37,333 nt of DNA from Desulforudis sp. (GTDB taxonomy: Bacteria > Bacillota > Desulfotomaculia > Desulfotomaculales > Desulforudaceae). Location: contig JACUUW010000001.1 in assembly GCA_014859075.1 (NCBI GenBank), forward strand, positions 1-37,333, given 5' to 3'. The first letter of the stretch is position 1; each line of letters begins with the position of its first letter. A program made the position numbers and the translations under genes. The notes below the pieces were generated by a model, which saw only the letters and a list, made by a program, of their open reading frames with translations, had not been told where the DNA came from and did no database searches. This document shows, piece after piece, positions 17,103 through 25,394 of this stretch.

Positions 17103-18093
17103 GCCCGTCCTCCTTAACCAGTCCCGCCAACCGCAGGCAGAGCACTTCGGCCGCCAGGCGGACGTTGGCGTTGGCCGACAGCTTCTTTCTAAGATCTTCT
17201 ATGGCGTTAATGCTGCGCACCAGCCCGGGAGTAGTCGCCCGCCCCGCCTGGGTGCGGATCTCATCCAGGCGGTCCGCGTTCACCAAATAGTCGGCCGCGC
17301 CGGTTTCGCGCCACAACAGCAGGTCGCGGTACCACAGGAGCAGCAGTTCGGTTCGCGCCAAGAGTTCGGCCCGCTCGCCCAGTTCGCGGGCCCGGGCAAA
17401 CAACTCAGCCACCCCGATGCCGGCCAGCAGTTCGCCCGCGAGGCTCGCCGCCTTTTCCCGCCAATCCCCGTCTCCCCGGCCGGCGGCCAGTTCGGCCGCG
17501 CGTCCCAGGCTGCCACGGGACAGGCCGGCCGCCACCGGCAGCACGTCCCCCTTGAATCCCATTTTTTCCAAACCTAACATAATTTCATCCCTGGTCAACA
17601 ACCGGAAGGGAATCTTCAAGCAACGGGACACCACCGTGGGCGGCATGCGGTCCGGCCGGACACCGGTCAAAACAAACAGCGCCGGACCAGGAGGTTCCTC
17701 GAGGGTCTTCAGCAAGGCGTTCGCCGCTTCCGCCGTCAAGTTCCCGGCTTCCTGAACCAGGCACAGTTGTAGGGTGCCGAAAGGCCGGAAGCGCAATCCC
17801 TGCTGCAGTTGTCGTACCTGGGCAATCCCGATCGATTTCCCGGCCCCGTCCATGACGAACAGGTCGGGGTGCGTACCGGCCAGGAACATCCGGCAAGGGG
17901 GGCAGATACCGCAGGGGCGCTCTCCGGAATCGGCGCAGATCAGGATCCGGGCCAGTTCCCGGGCCAGGGTCTTCTTCCCGACGCCCGCTGGACCGTAGAA
18001 AAGATAAGCATGCGCCAGTCGTCCGCCGGCGACCGCCCGGGCCAGGTACCGCCTGGCCAGATCCTGCCCGATAATCCCGTCAAACAAGACCAA
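17071..18093 (-). CDS. holB: DNA polymerase III subunit delta prime
   Basis: HAYLFYGPAGVGK, the C..C..C zinc module, and synteny after tmk. Confidence 0.85.
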   Translation of the reverse strand: MVLFDGIIGQDLARRYLARAVAGGRLAHAYLFYGPAGVGKKTLARELARILICADSGERPCGICPPCRMFLAGTHPDLFVMDGAGKSIGIAQVRQLQQGLRFRPFGTLQLCLVQEAGNLTAEAANALLKTLEEPPGPALFVLTGVRPDRMPPTVVSRCLKIPFRLLTRDEIMLGLEKMGFKGDVLPVAAGLSRGSLGRAAELAAGRGDGDWREKAASLAGELLAGIGVAELFARARELGERAELLARTELLLLWYRDLLLWRETGAADYLVNADRLDEIRTQAGRATTPGLVRSINAIEDLRKKLSANANVRLAAEVLCLRLAGLVKEDGHDTASGWNTV

Positions 18094-18712
18094 GAACCAC
18101 CTCGACCCGCTCCATTACCGCCGCCGCCAACACCTCGACCTCTCGGTCGGCGTCCAGCACCAGGTAGCGCCCCGGATCGGCGGACGCCAACCGCCGGTAG
18201 CCCCGGCGCACCCGGTCGTAGAAATCGGTGTCTTCCAGTTCCAGACGGTCACGGCGGCCGACTTCCAGCCGACCCAGCGCGGTGACGACCGGCATGTCGA
18301 GCAGGATGGTCAAGTCCGGACGCAAGCCCCCGGTGGCCAGCATGTTCACCTGTGCCAACTTCTCCAGGTCCAAGCCCCGACCGTAGCCCTGGTAGGCCAG
18401 GGACGAGTCCACGAAACGGTCACTCAACACAACCTCGCCCCGCTCCAGAGTCGGCCGCACCACTTTCGACACGAACTGGGCCCTGGCGGCCGCGTACAGC
18501 AACGCTTCGGTCTCCGGGGTCATTTCCTGGTTCTCCGCATCCAGCAGTACCCGCCGGATGGCTTCGCCCACCGGGGTGCCCCCCGGTTCGCGTGTAAGCA
18601 CCACTTTCCGGCTCCGCCCCCGGAGTTCGTGGAAGAGAGTAAACAGTTGGGTCGTTTTCCCCACGCCGTCAATTCCTTCGAACACAATAAACGCGCCCCG
18701 CATTCCCATCAC
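18080..18712 (-). CDS. tmk: dTMP kinase
   Basis: FIVFEGIDGVGKTTQ P-loop and TREPGGT. Confidence 0.9.
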   Translation of the reverse strand: MMGMRGAFIVFEGIDGVGKTTQLFTLFHELRGRSRKVVLTREPGGTPVGEAIRRVLLDAENQEMTPETEALLYAAARAQFVSKVVRPTLERGEVVLSDRFVDSSLAYQGYGRGLDLEKLAQVNMLATGGLRPDLTILLDMPVVTALGRLEVGRRDRLELEDTDFYDRVRRGYRRLASADPGRYLVLDADREVEVLAAAVMERVEVVLGLV

Positions 18713-18714
18713 CC

Positions 18715-20142
18715 TCAGTGCACAATTATGGAGGTCAGTTCCGGGTCGGTGGCTTGTACCGCAAACCCACGCACTTTGATTTCCAAAATATATTGTATCA
18801 CTTCCGCAGTCAGTTTTTCACCAGGGAATACTATCGGGATTCCCGGTGGGCAAATGCTGATCGTTTCGGCCGCGACCAGTCCGGCGGCCTGTTCGGGCGG
18901 CAAGGCCCTCGCGGGCAAAAGCCAGCTTTCCCGCGGTGTCAACACTTTTTCCGCCGCGGGCGGAAGACAGAAATCGGCCGTGTCGGACCGGCAAGATGAC
19001 CGGGTCCGTTCACGGGTCAGGGCGCGGAAAGCCCGGAGCGCCCGGACGATGTCTTGAACCCGTGCGCCCAGCCCGACCACGAGCAGGACGTACGCCGACC
19101 CGGCCATCTCCACCTGCACGCCGTATTGCCGGTCCAGAACGGCGGCCGCTTCGTAGCCGCTTAAACCAAGGCCGCCGGTGGAAACCACCACCTTGGTCGG
19201 ATCGCCCCTTCCGGGGCCGGCATCCAGAACCCGCACCCCGTCCAGAACCGCGAGCCCTTGGCGCAGCCGGGCGGCCAGTTCCACCGCCCTCCCTACGCGC
19301 CGCGGCCCGGAAACGGCCAACTGCCGCCGGGCCAGGTCCAGGGAAGCCATCAGCAGATATGAGGGGCTTGCGGTCTGGATGAGCGCCAACGCCCGGCGCA
19401 CCCGGTCGGCCGGCACTTGCGGCCCTTTAAGGTGCAGTAACGAACCCTGCGTCAAGGCGCCGCCCAGTTTGTGCATGCTCTGTACGGCCGCCGCCGCGCG
19501 CAGCCCTAAAGCCGGAAACGGCAGTGCGGGGTGAAACGGCAGGTGGGCGCCGTGAGCTTCGTCAACCAACAGGGGCAGCCCGGCCCCCCACACCGCCGCC
19601 GTCACCCCGGCATCCAACGTGGCCAGGCCGTGGTAGTCGGGGTGGGTCCACAACACCGCCGCCAGGTCCGGATGTGCTGCGAGGGCCGCCCGGACGCCGA
19701 CCGCCTCCGGCGGCAGGGGGATGCTGAATTCCCGGGAAAAGGGCGGGCTGACGTAGACCGGCTCGGCCCCCGAAAGCACCAGACCGCCGATGACCGAACG
19801 GTGGATGTTCCGGGGCAGGAGCACCTTTTGGCCCGGGCCCGTGGCGGCCAGCAAGAGGGCCTGGATCCCCGCCGTACTTCCGTTGACCAGAAAGAAAGTG
19901 TGGTCGGCCCCGTAGAGGGCGGCCGCCAACTCCTGGGCCCGAGCGATCGGGCCGGTGGGTGCGTGCAGGTCATCCAGTCCAGGCAGTTCAGTCAAATCCA
20001 ACCGCGCCAGCTCGCCCGTCAGGGCGAGCGGCAAACCCCTCCCGCCGACGTGTGCCGGGAAGTGAAAACCGGAACAACCCCGCGCCAAATGGCGTTTCAA
20101 AGCTTCAAACAAAGGCGCCCGCCGCTGCCCGGACATCGACAT
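18715..20142 (-). CDS. PLP-dependent Orn/Lys/Arg decarboxylase (YaaO-like)
   Basis: SMHK PLP-lysine motif in AVQSMHKLGGALTQGS. Its position upstream of tmk matches Bacillus. Confidence 0.85.
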   Translation of the reverse strand: MSMSGQRRAPLFEALKRHLARGCSGFHFPAHVGGRGLPLALTGELARLDLTELPGLDDLHAPTGPIARAQELAAALYGADHTFFLVNGSTAGIQALLLAATGPGQKVLLPRNIHRSVIGGLVLSGAEPVYVSPPFSREFSIPLPPEAVGVRAALAAHPDLAAVLWTHPDYHGLATLDAGVTAAVWGAGLPLLVDEAHGAHLPFHPALPFPALGLRAAAAVQSMHKLGGALTQGSLLHLKGPQVPADRVRRALALIQTASPSYLLMASLDLARRQLAVSGPRRVGRAVELAARLRQGLAVLDGVRVLDAGPGRGDPTKVVVSTGGLGLSGYEAAAVLDRQYGVQVEMAGSAYVLLVVGLGARVQDIVRALRAFRALTRERTRSSCRSDTADFCLPPAAEKVLTPRESWLLPARALPPEQAAGLVAAETISICPPGIPIVFPGEKLTAEVIQYILEIKVRGFAVQATDPELTSIIVH

Positions 20143-20471
20143 CGTCTTCCATCACCCTTGACTATTTCTGTTTTTCCCGGATGTTCATTTCCAACAGCAC
20201 AGCAGCCATTCCTGCTCCGTTCGGAACAGACCCATGTTCACTTAATTCTTTTTTGCAAAGCTGTGGACAAAGGAAGGCGGAAAAGGGGTCACGCACCTAT
20301 TTCCGCTCTGCCCGCAAAAGAAGACCGCCTTTCCGGGAGAAAAACAGCGCCCCTTTTCCCCTCCATGCCACCCGCCGCCGTTCAGCCGGTATGGTGGACG
20401 CCGGTTCCAGGCGTACGCGGCGCCGGGAAGAACAAACGTGAGCAGGCTTGAGTCCGGTTTTGCCTAAGATT

Positions 20472-20732
20472 CTACACCATCAACGTAAGTACGATCAGGA
20501 GGATCACGCCCGGCACCTGGAGCGCTCCGGCGGTTAGAACGGTAACCGGATTGATGGCCAGGTGAAAGCCGAAAAAAGAACCCCCCAGGTTGACCAACGC
20601 CAGCAACACCACGCCCACCACCACACAGGCGCCCAGGCGGTACAGGTACTTCAGCGGCGTCACGAAGAAGGAACCAACCAGGTAAAGTCCGGCCAACCCC
20701 AAAAGACCCAGTAGAATCAGCTTCCATTCCAC
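20472..20732 (-). CDS. bofA: Pro-sigmaK processing inhibitor BofA
   Basis: A two-TM protein similar to B. subtilis BofA (..NLGGSFFGFHLAINPVTVLTAGALQVPGVILL). GTG 20732 lies 9 nt after GGGAGG. It sits downstream of recR. Confidence 0.8.
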   Translation of the reverse strand: MEWKLILLGLLGLAGLYLVGSFFVTPLKYLYRLGACVVVGVVLLALVNLGGSFFGFHLAINPVTVLTAGALQVPGVILLIVLTLMV

Positions 20733-20792
20733 AGTATAACACCTCCCGGGTTCACCCTGATTACCCAATAACTATGAAGCCCGGCAGGTAAA

Positions 20793-21389
20793 TTATACCT
20801 CTCTTCTTCCTTCTATCGCCCGGGCCAGGGTCCGCCCGTCGGCATACTCCAGATCGGAGCCCACCGGCAGCCCGAAAGCCAGCCGGGTCACCCGCAACTC
20901 GGGAGAACGGAGCAACCGCGCCAGGTAAAGCGCGGTGGCCTCCCCTTCCACCGTGGCGTTGGTGGCCACGATGATTTCCCGAATTTGTCCTTTCCTTACA
21001 CGCCGGACCAGGCTGTCGATGTTCAGATCTCCGGGGCCCACCCCCTGCATCGGCGAAAGACTGCCGTTTAAAACATGGTACAGGCCGCGGTACCCGTGTG
21101 CCTTCTCGATGGCCAGGATGTCACGCGGCTGCTCCACAACGCAAACGACCTCCCGCGTCCGGCTCTGATCGCGACAAATGCCACACGGGCTTTCATCGGC
21201 GATATTGGCGCAGACTTCGCAGAAGACCAGTTTCTCGCGGGCTTCGACAATGGCCCGGCTTAAACCCTGCGCCACCTCCGGTGGCGCGGCGATCAGGTGA
21301 AAGGCCAGTCGTTGGGCCGTCTTCGGCCCGATACCCGGCAGTTTGGCCAGTTCCTCGACCAGGCGGGCCACCGAATGCGAATACTGCAA
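20793..21389 (-). CDS. recR: Recombination protein RecR
   Basis: LPGIGPKTAQRLAFHL, a C4 zinc finger and a Toprim region. Confidence 0.95.
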   Translation of the reverse strand: MQYSHSVARLVEELAKLPGIGPKTAQRLAFHLIAAPPEVAQGLSRAIVEAREKLVFCEVCANIADESPCGICRDQSRTREVVCVVEQPRDILAIEKAHGYRGLYHVLNGSLSPMQGVGPGDLNIDSLVRRVRKGQIREIIVATNATVEGEATALYLARLLRSPELRVTRLAFGLPVGSDLEYADGRTLARAIEGRREV

Positions 21390-21414
21390 AATCCTCGCTC
21401 CTCGTCGGCGTTAT

Positions 21415-21723
21415 CTAAAAGATCCCGGGGATGTTAATGCCGCCGGTCAGCTTGCCCATCTCCTCGGCCACCATCTCCCGCGACTGGCGCAAAACCTCGT
21501 TCACCGCCGTCAGGACCAGGTCCTGAAGCATCTCCGGGTCGTCCGGATCAATCGCCTCCGGCTTGATGGTGATACTCAACAACTCCTGCTTGCCGTTGGC
21601 GACGGCGGTGACCACACCCCCGCCCACGGTGGCCTCCATGGTGCGCTCACCGAGTTCCTCCTGCAACCGGACCATCTCGGCCTGAATTTTCTGAACCTGC
21701 TTCATCATTTTGTTGATCCCCAA
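21415..21723 (-). CDS. ybaB: YbaB/EbfC nucleoid-associated protein
   Basis: ..QKIQAEM...QEEL......GGGVVTAV.NG....L.I.I.PE.IDPDD.EMLQDLVL.A.NE. The start is either TTG 21723 (9 nt after GGGAGG) or ATG 21708. Confidence 0.85.
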   Translation of the reverse strand: MGINKMMKQVQKIQAEMVRLQEELGERTMEATVGGGVVTAVANGKQELLSITIKPEAIDPDDPEMLQDLVLTAVNEVLRQSREMVAEEMGKLTGGINIPGIF

Positions 21724-21751
21724 GGCACATAACCTCCCTGATTTAGGTAGT

Positions 21752-23110
21752 CTAAGGTTCCCCGTAATCACCGTCCAGCACACATGTGATCTGCCAACGG
21801 CCGGGGTAGAAGCGGTTTAAGACCTTCTCGAGTATACCCTTGTTCTCCGGCAAGGCAACCTTTTCCTTTGCCAGCTCGTCCCGGAATTTCAACTGTAGTT
21901 TACGGGGACCGGCCAAAATAGGTTCCGACCGCGCCAGCCACGGGCCGACCGGTGGGTTCCGCCGGCGAAACTCGGCCAGCACCTCGCCCCAGACCTGCTC
22001 CAGGTCGGGAGTCCCGTCGGCTCTACTGGATGCGCCGGCCCCAGCTTCCGCCGCCGCTCCCCGCCTCCGGGCCGACCCGACCACCGCCAGTTCCAGCGGC
22101 AGGATCTGCCGGGTGGCGAACCGCATCTCCTGTTCGGCGCGCGCAAACAGGGCCAACAGGTCGATCAACCGCTCCCGGTCCGATTCCGGCGGCCCAACGG
22201 CCGCCTGCCCGGCGCCATAAGCGGCGTGCAGCAAGCCGCGCAGGTAATCGGTGAGTTCTCGGGCGAAAATCCGCAGTTCCTTGCCCGCTGCCTCGACCTC
22301 CTGCAGCAGCACCAACGCCGGCCCGGTTTCCCCGGACAACAGCCGGCGCACCAACCGTTCCAGAACATCGTCGGTGACGGTGCCCAGGATGCTGTGCAGG
22401 TCGGCCAAGCTAATCCGGTCCTCACCCAGGGCCGCCGCCTGATCCAGGATGCCGAGGGCATCACGCAGGCTGCCATCCGCCACCCGGGCAATCAGGGCGA
22501 AGACACCGGATTCCGCCGTCAGCCCGGACTGCTCGGCCACTTCCTCCAGCCGCATTACCAGGTCTTTTCTGGTGATGCGCCGGAAGTCGAAACGCTGGCA
22601 GCGGGAGGTAATGGTCAGGGGAAGTTTATGCGGCTCGGTGGTCGCCAGGACAAAGATCACGTGTCCCGGTGGTTCCTCCAGTGTCTTCAGTAAGGCGTTG
22701 AAAGCCTCGTTGGTCAACATGTGGACTTCGTCAACAATATAGACCTTGAAGTCGCCGGCCGCCGGCCGGAACTTCACCTTTTCCCGGAGTTCACGAACCT
22801 CGTCGACGCCCCGGTTGGAGGCCGCGTCGATTTCCAGCACGTCCATCGAGGTGCCCGCCGTAATTGAGACGCAGGAAGGGCACTCGCCGCAGGGTTCCGC
22901 CCCCTGGCGCCGCGTGCAGTTCACCGCCTTGGCCAGCACCTTCGCCGTCGTCGTCTTGCCTGTTCCCCGCGGACCACAGAACAAGTAGGCGTGGGCCACC
23001 CGGCCCGCGCTGACCGCGTTTGCCAGCGTGCGGACCACGTGCGCCTGGCCGACAACCTCCGCGAACCGCTGCGGCCGCCAGGTCCGGTAAAGGGTCTGGT
23101 ATGGCAGGAT
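21752..23110 (-). CDS. dnaX: DNA polymerase III subunit tau/gamma DnaX (start unresolved)
   Basis: GPRGTGKTT, a C4 zinc module, DEVHML and SRCQRF. The conserved YQTLYRTWRPQRFAEVVGQ lies upstream of the first canonical start (GTG 23038). The frame is open only back to the TGA at 23114-23116. Confidence 0.85.
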   Translation of the reverse strand: MLPYQTLYRTWRPQRFAEVVGQAHVVRTLANAVSAGRVAHAYLFCGPRGTGKTTTAKVLAKAVNCTRRQGAEPCGECPSCVSITAGTSMDVLEIDAASNRGVDEVRELREKVKFRPAAGDFKVYIVDEVHMLTNEAFNALLKTLEEPPGHVIFVLATTEPHKLPLTITSRCQRFDFRRITRKDLVMRLEEVAEQSGLTAESGVFALIARVADGSLRDALGILDQAAALGEDRISLADLHSILGTVTDDVLERLVRRLLSGETGPALVLLQEVEAAGKELRIFARELTDYLRGLLHAAYGAGQAAVGPPESDRERLIDLLALFARAEQEMRFATRQILPLELAVVGSARRRGAAAEAGAGASSRADGTPDLEQVWGEVLAEFRRRNPPVGPWLARSEPILAGPRKLQLKFRDELAKEKVALPENKGILEKVLNRFYPGRWQITCVLDGDYGEP

Positions 23111-23312
23111 GCGTCACATCTTTCATGGTCCCTTAGTGTCCTTGAGCTTGAAGTCGCCTGAGATGCTTCGGGCACCGAGAAACGCACAAACCTGTCCAAT
23201 GCCTGGTCTACATCCCTGGGCAGAATCCGATTTCATTATACACCGAAACCAAACAACCAGCCATAACCCCCTAACGAACCGGTCAATATGCCGATCCCTG
23301 AACAGATACAAT

Positions 23313-23350
23313 CCAAAAAACCCCGGACTCTTGAGGGAGCCCGGGGTTTT
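23313..23350 (-). terminator. Rho-independent terminator after the beta-helix gene
   Basis: Minus strand AAAACCCCGG-loop-CCGGGGTTTTTTGG. Confidence 0.6.
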
Positions 23351-23357
23351 CATCTGC

Positions 23358-24075
23358 GGATGACTGTTACCCGTTGTTGTTGTTGCAGGGGAAAATCTTG
23401 TGCAGGTTGTTGAACTCCTGCTTGACGGTGATGTTTTCTTCGGGGTAAGGCCGAATGGCCGATACCAGCAGGTTCTCGTGCTTCCACAGTTTGTCGATGA
23501 CTTTGAGATCGACTTCCACCCGCGGATTCTCGGTATTCACGACCCGGCAGTCTTCGATGATCATGGTCTTACAAGAACCATCAATGAATTTGATTATGTC
23601 TCGGAACGCGGCTCTGTCTTCCGGGGTGTCCTGGAAGCCGTCTCCGCTGGGAAACTCGTGGAATTTGGTGAATAGACATTCCAAGGTGATGACATCCCTG
23701 ACGACCAGGAAGACAGTTTCACCATTGACCTCGACGCTCAGGATTACCTCGACGCCGACTTCGTTATCGACCTGCAGGCAGGCCATGTCGCCGGTCTGCA
23801 CCAGGGTCTCTTGGGCACAGAAGACCCGGCAGCTTTCGAGAGTGAGTAGGCCGGTGATGTTTCGGCCGCCCCGGCAGCCGACCACGGAGTCGATGCCCGG
23901 GATCGGGGTCTCGTGGGTGAGTTCCTCGACACAAATGAGCTTGACGTCCGGTACGCAGATGTCGTGGCACTGACAGGTCGCTTCTTCCTCCTGATACCCA
24001 AACGCTTCACGCAGTTCCTCGTCGGTGAAGATGGCGCAGCAGTCGGCACAGTTTCCGGTCGGGTCAACGCACACG
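23358..24075. repeat. Left arm of a roughly 717-bp inverted repeat (3' part of the beta-helix gene)
   Basis: The reverse complement aligns with 28357..29072. The 23761-23950 tract differs from its partner at one position in my comparison. Confidence 0.9.
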
Positions 24076-25256
24076 GCCACTGGTTCACCGAGCCACGGAA
24101 TGAAGTCAATCCTGTCACTGACCGGGTCGCCCAAACCCGTGGGATTCAGGGTCAAGTGAAACGGTCCGCTGGCGTCCCCCCACCAGTTGTTCGTTCCGTC
24201 CACCGTCTTAGCGGTGGCGTTAAAGACCCCCCAAGTGTTGTTTTCAATGTTGTTGAAGTGAATGGTGGGGTTGGCGTTACCCGGGGAATAGTAGTAAAGA
24301 TTACTCACATACACGCCCGCCCGGACGCTGTTTTTCAAAGAGTTTCCCTGTATCAGCGGTTCCAACGGGAAGGGGTCGGGCGGGATCCAGCCGCCGGGGC
24401 CCATCGAGAACAGATAAATCGCATCGCGGGCGCTGTCTTCAATCCTGTTGTTGGTGATCAGGATTTCGGCGGGCGCCGGACCCGTGGAAGGCACCCAGCC
24501 CCAAAATATGCCGGAGCGGTTGCAGTTCTTGATGGTATTGCCACTGATTTCCTCCGCCATGGACTGAATGATTACAATGCCTCCCGTTTCATCGAAACCG
24601 CCGATTCCGGCGTTCTTGATGCGGTTATCGCGGATAGTGACGTTTCGCTCGTCCCAGACCAGAGTGACACCACTGTTGAGGTGGTCCTCGATATCGTTGT
24701 CCTCGATCAGCAAACCGGAGCTGCTGGCCCGGGCGAAAATGCCGTCAATAGTGTTGTTTTTAATGGTGTTCCCAATCACCTGACTGGCACCATGGGGAAA
24801 GAGAACGACGCCCACCCGGTTGAAGCCGGTGCCCTGTCCGTTGTCTTCTATTACGTTGTTTTCGATATGCATGGCGGCCCCGTGGTTGGTCAGAACCCCC
24901 GCATTACCATGTCCGCGGATAATGTTGTTTGTAATGACGATATTGGTCAGGTTCGGAAAGGCCGCGCTGCCGGCCCGGATACCGTGCAGTGGTCCGTTTT
25001 CGATGGTGAGGCGGTTGACCGTTACGTCACCGGCGAGTATGTGAATAGTGGGGACTGCCGCCATACCTGCCGCATCCACAATCGCCACCCCGACTGCCGG
25101 ATCCGGTCCGGTGAGGGTCAGCGGCTTGTCGATAATCAACTGTTCATTGTAGGTACCCGGCGGTACCACCACCGTGGCACCAGGGGCGGCGGCGTCAATA
25201 GCGTCCTGAATAACAAAAGACCTGGTTTGGGCCTGCCGGATTTCTCCGTTACTCAT
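23367..25256 (-). CDS. Right-handed parallel beta-helix (NosD/PbH1-like) protein with a C-terminal 16-Cys module (629 aa, no signal peptide)
   Basis: It has repeated ..I.NN.I....GI.. turns and the NNWWGDASGP...NP.G.GD.VSD.IDFIPWL tail typical of NosD-like beta-helices. The last 235 or so aa duplicate 28357..29061. Confidence 0.85.
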   Translation of the reverse strand: MSNGEIRQAQTRSFVIQDAIDAAAPGATVVVPPGTYNEQLIIDKPLTLTGPDPAVGVAIVDAAGMAAVPTIHILAGDVTVNRLTIENGPLHGIRAGSAAFPNLTNIVITNNIIRGHGNAGVLTNHGAAMHIENNVIEDNGQGTGFNRVGVVLFPHGASQVIGNTIKNNTIDGIFARASSSGLLIEDNDIEDHLNSGVTLVWDERNVTIRDNRIKNAGIGGFDETGGIVIIQSMAEEISGNTIKNCNRSGIFWGWVPSTGPAPAEILITNNRIEDSARDAIYLFSMGPGGWIPPDPFPLEPLIQGNSLKNSVRAGVYVSNLYYYSPGNANPTIHFNNIENNTWGVFNATAKTVDGTNNWWGDASGPFHLTLNPTGLGDPVSDRIDFIPWLGEPVAVCVDPTGNCADCCAIFTDEELREAFGYQEEEATCQCHDICVPDVKLICVEELTHETPIPGIDSVVGCRGGRNITGLLTLESCRVFCAQETLVQTGDMACLQVDNEVGVEVILSVEVNGETVFLVVRDVITLECLFTKFHEFPSGDGFQDTPEDRAAFRDIIKFIDGSCKTMIIEDCRVVNTENPRVEVDLKVIDKLWKHENLLVSAIRPYPEENITVKQEFNNLHKIFPCNNNNG

Positions 25257-25394
25257 TATACATCCCTCGTAACATGTGTTTGTTAATTTTACAGTTTATT
25301 CCATGTAAAAGGAAGATGCTACTATTTGGACTGTAAATGCTGAGCAGGCCCAGGAAACAGCTTATCCCGTTCCAACCAATACGGTTTGAACCTT

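Noticed and set aside
20143-20471. A 330-nt gap between bofA and the decarboxylase gene, considered for a riboswitch, sRNA or small ORF
   Set aside because: I found only weak 5-6 bp hairpins and a 16-codon ORF without an RBS. No motif I can name is present. The gap is unexplained, but there is nothing supportable to report. A covariance-model scan (Rfam) would be the decisive test.
23221-23245. TATAAT hexamer (minus strand, 23235-23240) as the dnaX promoter
   Set aside because: I could not find an acceptable -35 hexamer at 16-18 nt spacing, so it is not reported as a feature.
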